The notes under the pieces were generated by a model that did no database searches, was not told the DNA's origin, and saw only the letters and a program-made list of their open reading frames with translations. DNA of 60,591 nt, counting the filler, from Squatina squatina (lineage: Eukaryota): the NCBI GenBank assembly GCA_031763465.1. It is 4 parts of 4 records of this genome, joined end to end, with 100 filler letters (N's around TTAATTAATTAA, not from the genome) between each part and the next. Parts side by side here need not be neighbours in the genome. Positions count along the whole stretch, not along the records: positions 26,596 to 43,754 come from JARFOE010000080.1; positions 43,855 to 60,591 come from JARFOE010000073.1; 2 more parts are not named here. One strand, written 5' to 3'. Each line of letters begins with the position of its first letter. The first letter of the stretch is position 1. Position numbers and translations under genes: made by a program. Positions 37,802-50,115 of the stretch are shown here, in pieces.

Positions 37802-38024
37802 TGTATGTTATGAAGACAGTTTCTCAGCGTTTATTGTTTACTTGTATTTTATTTGTTTTGTTTTGCAAGTTAAACCTAAATTTTTCTGGTCATGAATATT
37901 CAGTTTCATTTTTAACCAGAAAAAAGCACACATTTATTCAGATTTCACCAAATATTTTTCAGCCTGAAATCAAAAAAATAATAAAACCAATCACTAGATA
38001 AGTAGATTAACAGAATTTTATTTA

Positions 38025-38545
38025 AATTTGTTCTTGGGATGTGGGCAATGCAAGCATAACCATGTTTATTGCCCATCCCTGGTTGTCCTGAAAAAGTGCT
38101 GGAGGGCCATTTCCTTGAACCGATACAGTCCTTATGGTGATAGTTTGCCCACAATGGTGTTTTGACTCGAATTCCAGAATACTGAAGTGGTGATGACAAA
38201 GGAACGGCAATGTATATCTAAGTCATGATGGTGTGTGACAAAGGAGAACTTGGAGGTGATGGTGTTTCCACTACATTGCTGCTTTTCTACTTCTCAGTGG
38301 AGGAGGTTGCAGGGGAGGGATGTTCTCTTGAAATAACCTTGGTGAGTTGTTACAGTACATCCTATAAATCGTACTTGCAAAAGCTACAGTGTGTCAGTGA
38401 TGGATGAGGTGGGTAATGATTCTAGTGGCAGGGGCACCGATCAAGCGAACTGCACTGCCCTGAATGTTGCCGAGCTTGTTGCAGCTGCTCCCATCCAAGC
38501 AAGTGGTGAATATTCCATCTCACTCCTGATTTGAGCATTGTCGAT
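38025..38545 (-). mobile_element. LINE 3' fragment (CR1/L2 superfamily)
   Basis: Reverse-complement similarity to the LINE 3' end at 49948-50115. Confidence 0.6.
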
Positions 38546-38556
38546 ANNNNNNNNNN

Positions 38557-38894
38557 AGGCATTGCGCCACATCAGTGGGGGGTAAAGTTACCTGGATATT
38601 TTGCTCCAAGAGACAGTCACACCCCTTAGATTAGATAATTCAGATTTGGCCTGTGGTCAGGGACAGGAGGGTGTGACTGCAGGTGAGGCAGGTATGGGAA
38701 TCCAGGAGATAGTGTTGGAGGAGCCTCAGCCCCTGCACTTGTCCAACAGTTATGAGGTTCTTGCGAGCTGTGTGGACAAGAGCAGGAACTGCAGGGTGGA
38801 TGAGCAAACTGACCACGGCACTGTGGTACATGGAGCCATTCAAGTGGGGGGAGTAAAAATGAACGTAGTAGTGCTGGGGGACAGTATAATTAGG
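38557..38894 (+). mobile_element. CR1 LINE ORF1 fragment (SGNH/GDSL esterase start), runs into gap
   Basis: Open frame ...PQPLHLSNSYEVL...VVVLGDSIIR, with the GDS block typical of CR1 ORF1 esterase. Confidence 0.8.
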
Positions 38895-41800
38895 NNNNNN
38901 NNNNNNNNNNNNNNNNNNNNNNNNNNNNNNNNNNNNNNNNNNNNNNNNNNNNNNNNNNNNNNNNNNNNNNNNNNNNNNNNNNNNNNNNNNNNNNNNNNNN
39001 NNNNNNNNNNNNNNNNNNNNNNNNNNNNNNNNNNNNNNNNNNNNNNNNNNNNNNNNNNNNNNNNNNNNNNNNNNNNNNNNNNNNNNNNNNNNNNNNNNNN
39101 NNNNNNNNNNNNNNNNNNNNNNNNNNNNNNNNNNNNNNNNNNNNNNNNNNNNNNNNNNNNNNNNNNNNNNNNNNNNNNNNNNNNNNNNNNNNNNNNNNNN
39201 NNNNNNNNNNNNNNNNNNNNNNNNNNNNNNNNNNNNNNNNNNNNNNNNNNNNNNNNNNNNNNNNNNNNNNNNNNNNNNNNNNNNNNNNNNNNNNNNNNNN
39301 NNNNNNNNNNNNNNNNNNNNNNNNNNNNNNNNNNNNNNNNNNNNNNNNNNNNNNNNNNNNNNNNNNNNNNNNNNNNNNNNNNNNNNNNNNNNNNNNNNNN
39401 NNNNNNNNNNNNNNNNNNNNNNNNNNNNNNNNNNNNNNNNNNNNNNNNNNNNNNNNNNNNNNNNNNNNNNNNNNNNNNNNNNNNNNNNNNNNNNNNNNNN
39501 NNNNNNNNNNNNNNNNNNNNNNNNNNNNNNNNNNNNNNNNNNNNNNNNNNNNNNNNNNNNNNNNNNNNNNNNNNNNNNNNNNNNNNNNNNNNNNNNNNNN
39601 NNNNNNNNNNNNNNNNNNNNNNNNNNNNNNNNNNNNNNNNNNNNNNNNNNNNNNNNNNNNNNNNNNNNNNNNNNNNNNNNNNNNNNNNNNNNNNNNNNNN
39701 NNNNNNNNNNNNNNNNNNNNNNNNNNNNNNNNNNNNNNNNNNNNNNNNNNNNNNNNNNNNNNNNNNNNNNNNNNNNNNNNNNNNNNNNNNNNNNNNNNNN
39801 NNNNNNNNNNNNNNNNNNAAAGCTGCCTGGGGATCCATAACAGGTATCTGTAGTTTGCTGGTCTCATTTAAACAAGGCCTGAGGCCCAATTTCAAGTGTG
39901 CCTCAGGCCTACTGGTTCCGGCGCAGAGATCATTCCATGTCAGGAGGCCAGCGCTAATCAATTTCACCCCCAATGTCTTTAATATAGGAGGCGAGAAATG
40001 AGAAGACAAATATATTTGTAAAAACTAAAAATTGAAATTGATGATGGAGAATTTTTCACAGCTACAATTAGCTTTCGGGGCAAAATTAATTGTAAAACAA
40101 ATTTACCGCTCAACAAATATTTGATGGTGCCACATCCATTCATGTGCAGCTATCTAAAGCAACATCCAATATAATTTTAATTTACAGTGATGCTTCTACA
40201 TAACTTCTTCATGCAAACAGCTTCTACCAATAAACATTTTCAATTCTTTGAAGTCTACTACACCAAGCAAAAAAATTAGGCAGCGGAACCTGCTCTGTAA
40301 TAGGATTAGATTGCAATTGCAAAGCAGAAGGATTTGATATTATTTATTTAACCAAGTTTATGAAAATGAACATTAACTAATCCTCTAGTGCGAGCCTATA
40401 TTCTTTAAGNNNNNNNNNNNNNNNNNNNNNNNNNNNNNNNNNNNNNNNNNNNNNNNNNNNNNNNNNNNNNNNNNNNNNNNNNNNNNNNNNNNNNNNNNNN
40501 NNNNNNNNNTTCCAGGTGCAGATATATTTGTTCAATTTCAATCCATAATTGAAAGGCTTTCATTGAATTAAATGTGCATACGAAAATAAACCTCTTATTG
40601 CAGCTTTTCACAAATTGTTTAACCCAAGCTCAGAACTATCAGTGATTAGGTACCTGCCCCACACATGCCTCCAGGAATGCTGACTTTGTTATTAGGCTCA
40701 CAGTGCTCTGTGTGATGTTTGGAATAAAACATTTGGTAATAAAGCATACAGCATGAAATTGGTAGGATGACTTGATAGAAGCTGGTAATAAAATGATATA
40801 TTCACATGATCAAACACAAATTGAGTACTGTATTTTCCATCGCTAGATATATTCATAGCATTTAATCTTACCCAGCGAGGATTATTAAAACAATGTTGAT
40901 TTGTTTTTCGTCCATTCAGGTTCAATATAGAGAAATATTTTGGCAGAATGATCTTACTTTATATTTTAAATCCAGCTCCTCATATTTAAATTCATCCATG
41001 GCCTCACTCTACATATCCACCACCCTCCCTCCTTCACTCACCCCCGCCCCCTACATTCCGGTTCCATTATTGGTGGCTGAACCGTCAGCTGCCTGCGTCC
41101 TTATCTCTGGATTTGCCTCCCTAAACCTTTCTCTCTCTCCATCTCCCTCACCTCCTTTAAAAACCTTCTCAAAATCCATCCCTACTTCCTAGCTTTCCGT
41201 CACCCCTCCTAATCTCTCTCATCTTCATTCAACCTCGCCTATCTGTGAAGCGGATTTGAGATGCTTTCCAATCAGAGTGCTATATAAATGCAAGTCCTTG
41301 TTAGTACTGTAACAACTGTGTGTGCAGTAATGGTACTATAAATAAAAATATTAATATTTCATTTACACACATCACAATAAAACATTATTTCTTCTGAATT
41401 TTGGACAGTTTCTTCTGCACTTCTTGAGCAATATGCCTNNNNNNNNNNNNNNNNNNNNNNNNNNNNNNNNNNNNNNNNNNNNNNNNNNNNNNNNNNNNNN
41501 NNNNNNNNNNNNNNNNNNNNNNNNNNNNNNNNNNNNNNCCACCCCCACCCCCAATCCATTGTCCTGTCCCTGGTTCTCACACAAACACTCTTTTTCTGCT
41601 CCATGCGGCTGCAGGTCTATTCGCCAACGACCAGCCAGCCTCTCAATCTGGCTGGCTGCAGGCGGGAAACCGAAGCCTCGCATGCAAATCAGGCCCAGCC
41701 GTTAAAATCGGCAGGGCCTGTGGGAAACACAGACTCCAAGGTTTTCCTGACCGCATCGGAGCCCACCCCTAACCAGCCTTCATCTAGAAAATTCTGGCTA

Positions 41801-43754
41801 TGGTGTTGGATTTTCCTCTGCATCGGTGCTCTGGTGGAGTGAGATCTCTGCCCACCTCTCCTATACCACTGCAACCCAAAATCATCCTACTAGTCGGAGT
41901 TCATCATTCATGTACAACAGGCCCCAGCAGGATTCCTGCTGCCAATAGGGAGGGCTACCAGTGACACCATGGAACCTCCACCAATACTGCAGTGGGAATG
42001 CCATTGCAGTGCCACAAAAGGCAATGGCAGACTGTAAAGAATGCCTCAGAAGGCAGAAAGAGCAGCAACCTTATAGGCCTCAGCAGAGATTGAGACCTCT
42101 GCAGGTAAGTGAATGGGTTTAAAATTGGAGGGAGAGGAGCCTTCTACTAGGCTCCATTCTGGTGGTATTCCAATTGTTCTCACAGGCATACCGCCACCTC
42201 CCACCAGGCGGACCTAGGGAATGGTAGCAACAGGGGTGAGCAGGAGGGAAATGGGAAAAGAGGTTTAAGTCTATCCCCCCCGATCCCCACCAACGCACTG
42301 GCATTTACATGTAATGGTAGGGGCAGAGCCTGCCTGTGTTGGCCCCAATGGGGTTGGGGGAGAGAAATCAAGGACACGGCTGGGAGGGAGTAGTATGCCT
42401 CACCAGTTTATTTTCCTGCCATTTTGAAACTTTCCTGCCCAGTATTGGAATGGAAAGCAGAAGAAAATTCAGCCTCATGGACACCTCATACACCATCAAC
42501 ATGATATAATGTTGATGCAGTCTTTAACATGGAACTTTATTTTTTAAAATGACATTTTGGCCTTGAAATTAAGCTGTGTGAACATTAGCGTTTGAACAGT
42601 TAATGATGCCATTAATCAGCAGTCTAAGGAATTTTATACAAATGTGTTAATCATTCATACACTAATATTTGCATAGCATAACTTCAAGAAAAATGAAACA
42701 CTTTAAAACATCTTAACATACATTGCTTTGCAGGTAATGATATTCCTGAAAATACAAAGTTCCAGTACACAGCAAAAAGCTAATTTATTTTACATTTCAA
42801 TAAAAGGCAATAAATACACAATTATTGACTTGGAATACATTACTGCATGAAACAGATTATATTTTTGAACTTGGATAAAATATCCTCCATTAAATGCAGC
42901 CAATTCGGCATTGATCTATGTTATTATGGTGATAGCATGAACACTTCCATTGCTTGCTGCTCTATCGTCAGACTGATACTCTATAATCATTAAAATTAAA
43001 ACTCTTAGCTGCTGCTTCAGTGCTAATCAGCTTATAGTAATTAAATCAAAAGAATTCTGGAAGGCATGCTTCTAGTTCATTGGTCGTACAGATTTGTTTT
43101 TTTCTGTCTTGAAGCTAATTCAAAGTAATTGCAATGCAACTTGCTCAGGAAATCAGCAGTGAACAAATATGCCTGAACAGAATATAGACAATCATTCAAC
43201 TCATATTCCCATAATCGTGACAATTAAAATTGATTGTGCCTTGCGCTTGTACTTTATTTGATATGATTTTGCAATTTACACCAGGAGCCTGCAGAGTTGC
43301 AAATTCATCTCCTCTGTGAAGCAATGTATTGAAACCAGTAATTTATTTGATATATAAATAGCTTCCAGTTATAGGATCAGTGGCATTTCCTAAATACATT
43401 TAAATTGCTCCCTTCCCAGAATCTTGCCCTTCGGTCCCATGTTCAAACTAGTTGAAATTGTGAACTAGTTATTTGGTGTTAATAGCCATTTATGAACATT
43501 CAGCGGATATTTAAATTTGCCTTCTGTTTTCTGGCTTCCGATTTTACATCCCTATCTAAAGTTGTAATAAACATGAAAGCACTTGTTAATTTTAATAATG
43601 TACCAAAATTTGTTTATTCAATCACCAGTATACAATAAATGCTATATATTTTGAGTGGATTTAAAGTATGCTTGAGTAAAATTCATATTCATATGTAGAC
43701 CGTAACACTCACTTTTTTTTTCCTGTATACTAGTGGAAAAAATTCCAAGGATGG

Positions 43755-43854
43755 NNNNNNNNNNNNNNNNNNNNNNNNNNNNNNNNNNNNNNNNNNNNTT
43801 AATTAATTAANNNNNNNNNNNNNNNNNNNNNNNNNNNNNNNNNNNNNNNNNNNN
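43755..43854. other. Artificial scaffold linker
   Basis: N44-TTAATTAATTAA-N44. Confidence 0.97.
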
Positions 43855-44038
43855 GTATCTAAGGCCTTTTGGAAATCTAGATACATTACATCTACTACAT
43901 TACCCTTGTCTACTCACTCTGTTACCTCTAAGAATTCAGTGAGGTTCGTTGAGCAAGACTTTCCCTTTTGAAATCCGTGCTGACTTCATTATAGTTTTGG
44001 GCCTAGAAAGAACTTACCACCACTCATTTGCGCCACTA

Positions 44039-44248
44039 TCCTGGCCAATATTTATCCCTCAATCAGCATAACAAAAACAGACTATCTGGTCATTATCACA
44101 TTGCTGTTTGTGGGAGCTTGCTGTCCACAAATTGGCTGCCCCGTTTCCCATTACAACCGTGACTACACTCCAAAAATACTTAATTGGCTGTAAAGTTCTT
44201 TGGGATGTCCAGTGGTCGTGAAAGGCGCGATATAAATGCAAGTCTTTT
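44039..44248 (+). mobile_element. Deu-SINE (SacSINE1-like) 3' half
   Basis: CCTGGCCAATATTTATCCCTCAA...GTGAAAGGCGCGATATAAATGCAAGTCTT; related copies at 29095-29187 and 58138-58357. Confidence 0.8.
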
Positions 44249-44667
44249 TATCCTGGTGAAAAATGGCAGCTGCCGCTCTAGCGTCCTTCTCTGGCACGGG
44301 ACTTGGTGGCCGCCATCTTGGTGAGGACCTTGGCACTGCCAATCGCAGTGCTGGCTCTGGAGATGTGAATGAAGAGAGGGTGACTGAATGTCACCTTTGC
44401 GAATTTCAACCTTAGCATTGATTTCAGCGCAGGGTCCTAAGCTCGCTCTGAAAAGTGAGCGTTCAACAGACTGACCGAGATGCTGTCAGCATTTCTTAAA
44501 GGGACATACAAATTTTTTAGGTAAATTTGCATTTAAGCTTTTGAACTGGATCTAAAAAAAATGTTATTAACCTAGTAGCTTGGTGCAATGCATGTTAAGT
44601 TTTTAGTGTGCAAGGACTGCTGCTGGATGCTTGCAAGGCTTCGGAGGGTAAAGGAAGGCCTCTGAGA

Positions 44668-44808
44668 AGACAGAAATTTTGGAAACACTCAGCAGGTCAG
44701 GCAGTATCTGTGGAGAGAGAAAGAGTTCATGCCTCTGGTTGAGATGCTGCCTGACCTACTGAATATTTCCAACATTTTCTGCTTCTATTTCAGATTTCCA
44801 GCATCTGC
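44668..44808. mobile_element. Inverted terminal fragment of an abundant Penelope-like repeat
   Basis: CTCAGCAGGTCAGGCAGTATCT pairs with AGATGCTGCCTGACCTACTGA; related pieces at 2425-2477, 37499-37533 and 52140-52334. Confidence 0.65.
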
Positions 44809-45281
44809 TCGCAGAGGGAAGAGGAAGACGCAGAAGGGAGGATGCAACCCAGACAGCCTCTCTTTGGCTGGGATATCNNNNNNNNNNNNNNNNNNNNNNN
44901 NNNNNNNNNNNNNNNNNNNNNNNNNNNNNNNNNNNNNNNNNNNNNNNNNNNNNNNNNNNNNNNNNNNNNNNNNNNNNATCTCACTTCAAAGTTCAGCTAG
45001 CAAAGTGGAACAGTACAATAAATAATAAGTTCATTATTGTCCCCACACTCCTCAAGCTATTTACAGTAGTTTGAGCACAGAATACCCTGTAGCAGAAATG
45101 ATAAAAGAGTCACTTATACTAAAGTTGAATTGTTCCCTTGATTAATGTGTTACATAGATGCAGCCTTACACTCTCCTTCCATATTGGGCTACACTAAATA
45201 AATTGGTCATCCATCATCATTCCACAATTTAAAATAAAGGCCTCACTTAATCCTGGTTTGACTTTGTCTTTCTTCTGTCAG

Positions 45282-45344
45282 GAATTCCCACCTCCATTTA
45301 TCCTTGATCCAAACCGCCGCCCTTCAACACCACAGGTAATTTGA
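45282..45344 (+). CDS. Candidate orphan exon EFPPPFILDPNRRPSTPQ(VI*)
   Basis: Branch-point-like sequence, long polypyrimidine tract and CAG acceptor; CAG|GTAAT donor after 54 nt (45335) or stop at 45344; protein not recognised. Confidence 0.4.
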   Translation, partial: EFPPPFILDPNRRPSTPQVI

Positions 45345-46207
45345 AGCTTTGCCAGAATTCCGTCAGGCAATGCAAGCCCAGTGAAGCAGAGATTCTCAGC
45401 CATTTCCTTTTTCAAAGTACAATTCCCCTCTCGTTCTCGAGATTCCCAAATCTTGCTTGCCAACGTGAAGACTATCAGCCAACAGCCGACATGACTTCAG
45501 GGGTAAACATGGGTTTCCCAAATGCAAATGGAGGCATAAACGCCCATTAAATTTGACAAAAGTGGCTTTTGAGTGAATAGGACGGCCAATAATCGCACCA
45601 GTTTATTTTACATGGCCTTACATTACATCGGGCAAAAATCTAAAACTTTACTAGTGTATTTCATGGTCATGGTCATTATCGAACAAAGAGAACATAAGTT
45701 GCTCAGAACAGGCCCAGAGAAAAGAGACAGCGTCCACTACTGCTAACCCAGCTACCCAGTGCCCTAACCAAACCTCAACTAGACTAGCATTGATTGTGGG
45801 GAGGGAAAATCAATGGTCACTTAAAACAAATCGAGACGTTTCTGACCCATGAACAAACGTCCACACCGCTCTCAGTGTCTTGCTGGATATATTTAAAGGA
45901 GACCAGGACTGGAGATCAGGACACGTGCAGGACGGCAAATATTTAAAGGGGTGGTATCATAAGGAGTTTCTGTTGATGGAATCACAGACCAATTGTTGAG
46001 CATTATAAACCCCGCGCCCCCACTCCAGTATAATCGTGAAGGATGTGTGGATGATCAAGCTCTAGAATGCCGCGAGCTGAATCGGACTGAAGCAACACGA
46101 AGCATAGNNNNNNNNNNNNNNNNNNNNNNNNNNNNNNNNNNNNNNNNNNNNNNNNNNNNNNNNNNNNNNNNNNNNNNNNNNNNNNNNNNNNNNNNNNNNN
46201 NNNNNNN

Positions 46208-46495
46208 AATGTGATAATGACCAAATAATCTGTCTTAGTGATGTTGATTGAGGGATAAAAATTGGTCGGGACACCGGGGAGAACTCCGCTGCTCTTCTTC
46301 GAAACAGTGGCCACGGGATCTTTTACATTCACCTGAGAGAGCAGATGGGACTTCGGTTTAACGTCTCATCCAAAAGACAGCACATCCGACAGTGTAGCTC
46401 TCCCTCAGCGCTGCACTGGAGTGTCAGCCTAGATTATGTGCTCAAGTCCCTGGAGTGAGACTTGAACCCATAGCCTTCAGATTCAGACCTGAGCC
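46208..46495 (-). mobile_element. Deu-SINE (SacSINE1/AmnSINE-like)
   Basis: B-box GGGTTCAAGTC on the minus strand followed by Deu core GGCTGACACTCCAGTGCAG...GATGAGACGTTAAACCGA. Confidence 0.85.
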
Positions 46496-46749
46496 ATAGG
46501 TAAGGTTATCAAAGGTTCTTTAGCTAAGGTGGATAAATGGAGCTGAGGCACAGATCAGCCATGATCTAACTGATTGGTGGAGCAGATTGAGGGGCTGAAT
46601 GGCCGACTCCCATGTTCGATGGATCCCTCTATATTTCAACGCCATACCAGCTGGGGAGCTTCTGGGACCAATGGTCGCACACACAGACCTAAAGAGAAAA
46701 CAAGCTTGCTTCAGCCTAACATGCATTACTACAAGTCTCTGGGACAAAC

Positions 46750-46999
46750 CTTCTCCACACGGGTTCTTGATTAGATTGTTTTTCACAGATGTACAAAAAT
46801 AAAATGCGTCCCAATCTGCTTTCTTTATCTCCTGGTTTTCCTTTGGCAAGCCTTCATCTTGAAGTTGTAGGTTTAGTCCATCCACAAGCTCCTTCCACTG
46901 TTGACAGACTAGTCTACAGATGAAAACCAACTCCTTTGGAGGGACATAGGAAAGAACTTTGAGCAGCACCTGCTCAGGCAAAGCATCTATGGTGGCCAT
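46750..46999 (-). CDS. F-box protein of the FBA/glycan-binding family (FBXO6/FBXO44-like), first coding exon
   Basis: AAGATGG Kozak after an in-frame stop; LPEQVLLKVLSYVPPKELVFICRLVCQQWKELVD F-box; DWDAFYF..NLIKNPCGE|gt phase-1 donor; acceptor at 47035. Confidence 0.9.
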
Positions 47000-47159
47000 C
47001 TTTCAAAATGGCCTCCGGTCGAGCGTCTGTTTCAGCTGTAAAGAATGTTTCGAAGAGACTGGTTTAGATTTTGATAAAAGTTGGGCATCGTGGCATATGA
47101 CATCAGTAGAACTGCTTGGCTTAACATGTCGGGTAAAAGCAGCAGAAGCAGAACGTAGA

Positions 47160-47720
47160 ATTACATAGAATTTACAGCAAAGAAACAGGCCATTCGGCCC
47201 AACAGGACTAGGGTAACCAGCCATCCCAGTCTGGCTGGGACAATCCCGTTTTTTTACAAAACGTCCCGGTGTCGTGACAATTGTTTCAAAATCTTTCAAA
47301 AGTCCCAGGTTTTGTGCTCACTCCACTGCGCATGCACAGTCCCCGTGGAGAACTGGCTGCGCATATGCAGATTGGAAGGTAAGCTTAATCCCGGTTTTCA
47401 GTTTTAAATATCTGGTCACCCTAAACAGGACCATACCGGTGTTTATGCTCCACATGAGCCTCCTTCTATTCTACTTCTCCCTCATACACTTAATTAGATT
47501 TCCTTTAAATGCATCGATGCTATTTGCCTCAACCACTCCCTGTGGTAGCAAGTTCCACACTCCCACCACTCTCTGGGTAAAGAAGTTTCTTCTGAATTCC
47601 TTATTGAATTTATTAGTGACTATTTTATATTTATGGCAACTAGTTTAGATTCTCCACAAGTGGAAACATCTTCTCTACGGCTGCCCTATCGAACCCCTTC
47701 ATAATGTTCAAGACCCCGAC
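47160..47720 (-). mobile_element. CR1 LINE 3' fragment interrupted by a hAT MITE
   Basis: CATAGAA tail, ACAGGCCATTCGGCCC, ACCACTCTCTGGGTAAAGAAGTT. Confidence 0.75.
47209..47423. mobile_element. hAT (Blackjack-like) MITE, 215 bp
   Basis: TIR TAGGGTAACCAG...CTGGTCACCCTA; perfect 8-bp TSD AACAGGAC at 47201-47208 and 47424-47431. Confidence 0.9.
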
Positions 47721-47771
47721 ATACTAGGAACTGTGTCGAAGCATCTGAGTAAACACTCGGAGGTGCCATAC

Positions 47772-47897
47772 CTGAGGTTGCAGACTGGACCGGGAAAGGA
47801 GCTTGGTTGGCCGGTGGGAAATTACTGACGGTACTCGAACCTCCGCCACCACTGAACGCATTGAAGCCGGGGAAACCGGGATGAGCAGCTTGCTGGG
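47772..47897 (-). CDS. AGFG2: ArfGAP with FG repeats (AGFG2-like) internal exon
   Basis: ttcccttccag|xQQAAHPGFPGFNAFSGGGGSSTVSNFPPANQAPFPVQSATS|gtatgg; 126 nt, phase 1-1; resembles recalled AGFG2 GFANFDAFSSGPSSSVFGSLPPAGQASFQAQ. Confidence 0.72.
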
Positions 47898-49947
47898 CTG
47901 GAAGGGAAAAAACAAAAACAATCAGCTATTGTAACTGCAGGGAAGTCGGCCACTTTCGGCCATCACGCGCCAGTAACATTTAAAGATGGGGGACAGCCTT
48001 GAACTTCTTCCGAAATAATTCAATCGCAGAAGCTGAACTGACAGCACAATTATATTTGACACTTACTCTTTCACATGTGGGGGACTTTTTGCATGCAAGG
48101 GCGGCTAATTTAAATCCCTTCATTAAGAACTCGGTCTGGGAGAGAAATCTTTTTTCTGTCTCTAGGGTGGGAGGGACGAGTTGACGTGCAGTTGCACAGA
48201 GCCGGCATGGGTCAAATGGCCTCCTCAGTGCTGTATCATTCTACGAGTGGTACAGTTGTGTCCAATAATCTGTAGCATACATGTCAGCAAGTGGCAAACT
48301 AATAGAGATTTAAAATCACAACAGTATCGTATGTAAGATCCACAAAGAGCCGGATTTAATGAAATTATTGATCAGCTGTTGACAGCAATACACTGAGATA
48401 AGGACAGTACTGCAGATACCCAAGTACCGGAAGTGAAAGAAAGAAAGCAACACAGAAGTAGTCAGATTTACAAAGCTCACAGTATCTCTCTTCATAAATT
48501 CATTGCTAAATGAAGGTGATGACTAATCTGGAACCCGCAGTGAGTACAGCAGGCTGGATTCAGGTAATAAAATCTGTCGGTTTTTTTTTAAAATCAAATA
48601 ATAGTTTTAAAATGGGATGTTTCAGTATTGATTTTTAAAGAACAGCCAATGATATGCACAGAACCAGAGAACATTTCTAATACTGTTGAAAAGACTTGCA
48701 GTTTTTGACCCCACATGGGTAGTTTTGATACTGTTTTTTTTTTGAATGGGTTCAACCATTAGCTCGTTTCCAATCTTTGGCTGGAGTAAATTCGGAGACG
48801 ATGGCATCATCTGGACAATTCTTTAAAGAGGTGGGAATTCACACGGCCGTAATGAGCAGGCGACTCCTGACCTTGATTTCTGGTGCCTGCCGAGGTAGCT
48901 GATCGTAGTCCGGGGAAAGTGGTGAGTGCATTCCGCGACGGGGCAAGGCCAGGATCAGCTGGCAGTTTGCAGTCACTGCCTGGGCTCACACATCAAGGAT
49001 GGCCACTTGGGCAAGGTGCCCGCAAAACCATACCCAACACGAGTTGGCACCAAAGTGAAATCAGGAAGCACTTCTTCACACAAAGGGGAGTGAAAAATCT
49101 GGAACCGTCTCCCCCCTCCCCCACCCAAAAGGCTATGGACGCTGTGGGGGGGAGGGGGGATCAATTGAAATTTCCAAGACAGAGATCGATAGATTTTTGT
49201 TGGGTATCAAGGGATATGGAGCAGAGAGTTAAGGTACAGATCAGCCATGATCTATTTGATTGGCAGAGCATTCTCGAGGGGCTCCTCCTGTTCCTATGTT
49301 TGGGGGAGGTCGGTAGGAAATCAAAGTCTTAGTGTTACCAGTATTTTGGCGGCGTTCTTATAATTTCACCATCCCACAGAGTCTGAATGTGAGATGGGCC
49401 TACGGGTTAAAGAGATACTGTAGCCTTGCATCCTAATGGCTGAAGGAGAAATTCACATTATACAGAATTTTAAACCAAGCTTGAGTACATTTGGGAGGGA
49501 GGGGAAATACTTTTATTTTAGGTAAGCAACACATGCAAAGTGATAACAAAGGTTACAGCATCGAGGCTTCAATAAATATCTTTTTAAAAAAATTACTTTC
49601 ATTAGCATAAATGCTTTAAATTTGCCTTCAATCCCACAACCCTTTCCTGTTGGTTCCCCATCCAGCACCAAAGTTCACAGACTGAATTTACAGCCACTCA
49701 CCCTCAAGTTTGCTTTCAAAGTGACTTTTACTTAAACTCTCCAGTCTTCCAAGCCTTCATCACTATCTTAAGCAACATTTTGAATCTCCTCCCTTCAACC
49801 TCAATTTGTGTGCAGAGCTCACTTTCCACCAAGAGAGATTTGTATACNNNNNNNNNNNNNNNNNNNNNNNNNNNNNNNNNNNNNNNNNNNNNNNNNNNNN
49901 NNNNNNNNNNNNNNNNNNNNNNNNNNNNNNNNNNNNNNNNNNNNNNN

Positions 49948-50115
49948 AAAATCCTGGAACTCCCTCCCTAACAGCACTGTGGGAGTTCCTTCACCACACG
50001 GACTGCAGCGGTTCAAGAAGGCGGGTCATCACCACCTTCTCAAGGGCAACGAGGGATGGGCAATTAATGCTGGCCTTGCCAGCGAAGTGCACATTCCATG
50101 AATGAATTAAAAAAA
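49948..50115 (+). mobile_element. LINE 3' end (CR1/L2 superfamily)
   Basis: SWNSLPNSTVGVPSPHGLQRFKKAGHHHLLKG then ATGAATGAATTAAAAAAA tail. Confidence 0.7.
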
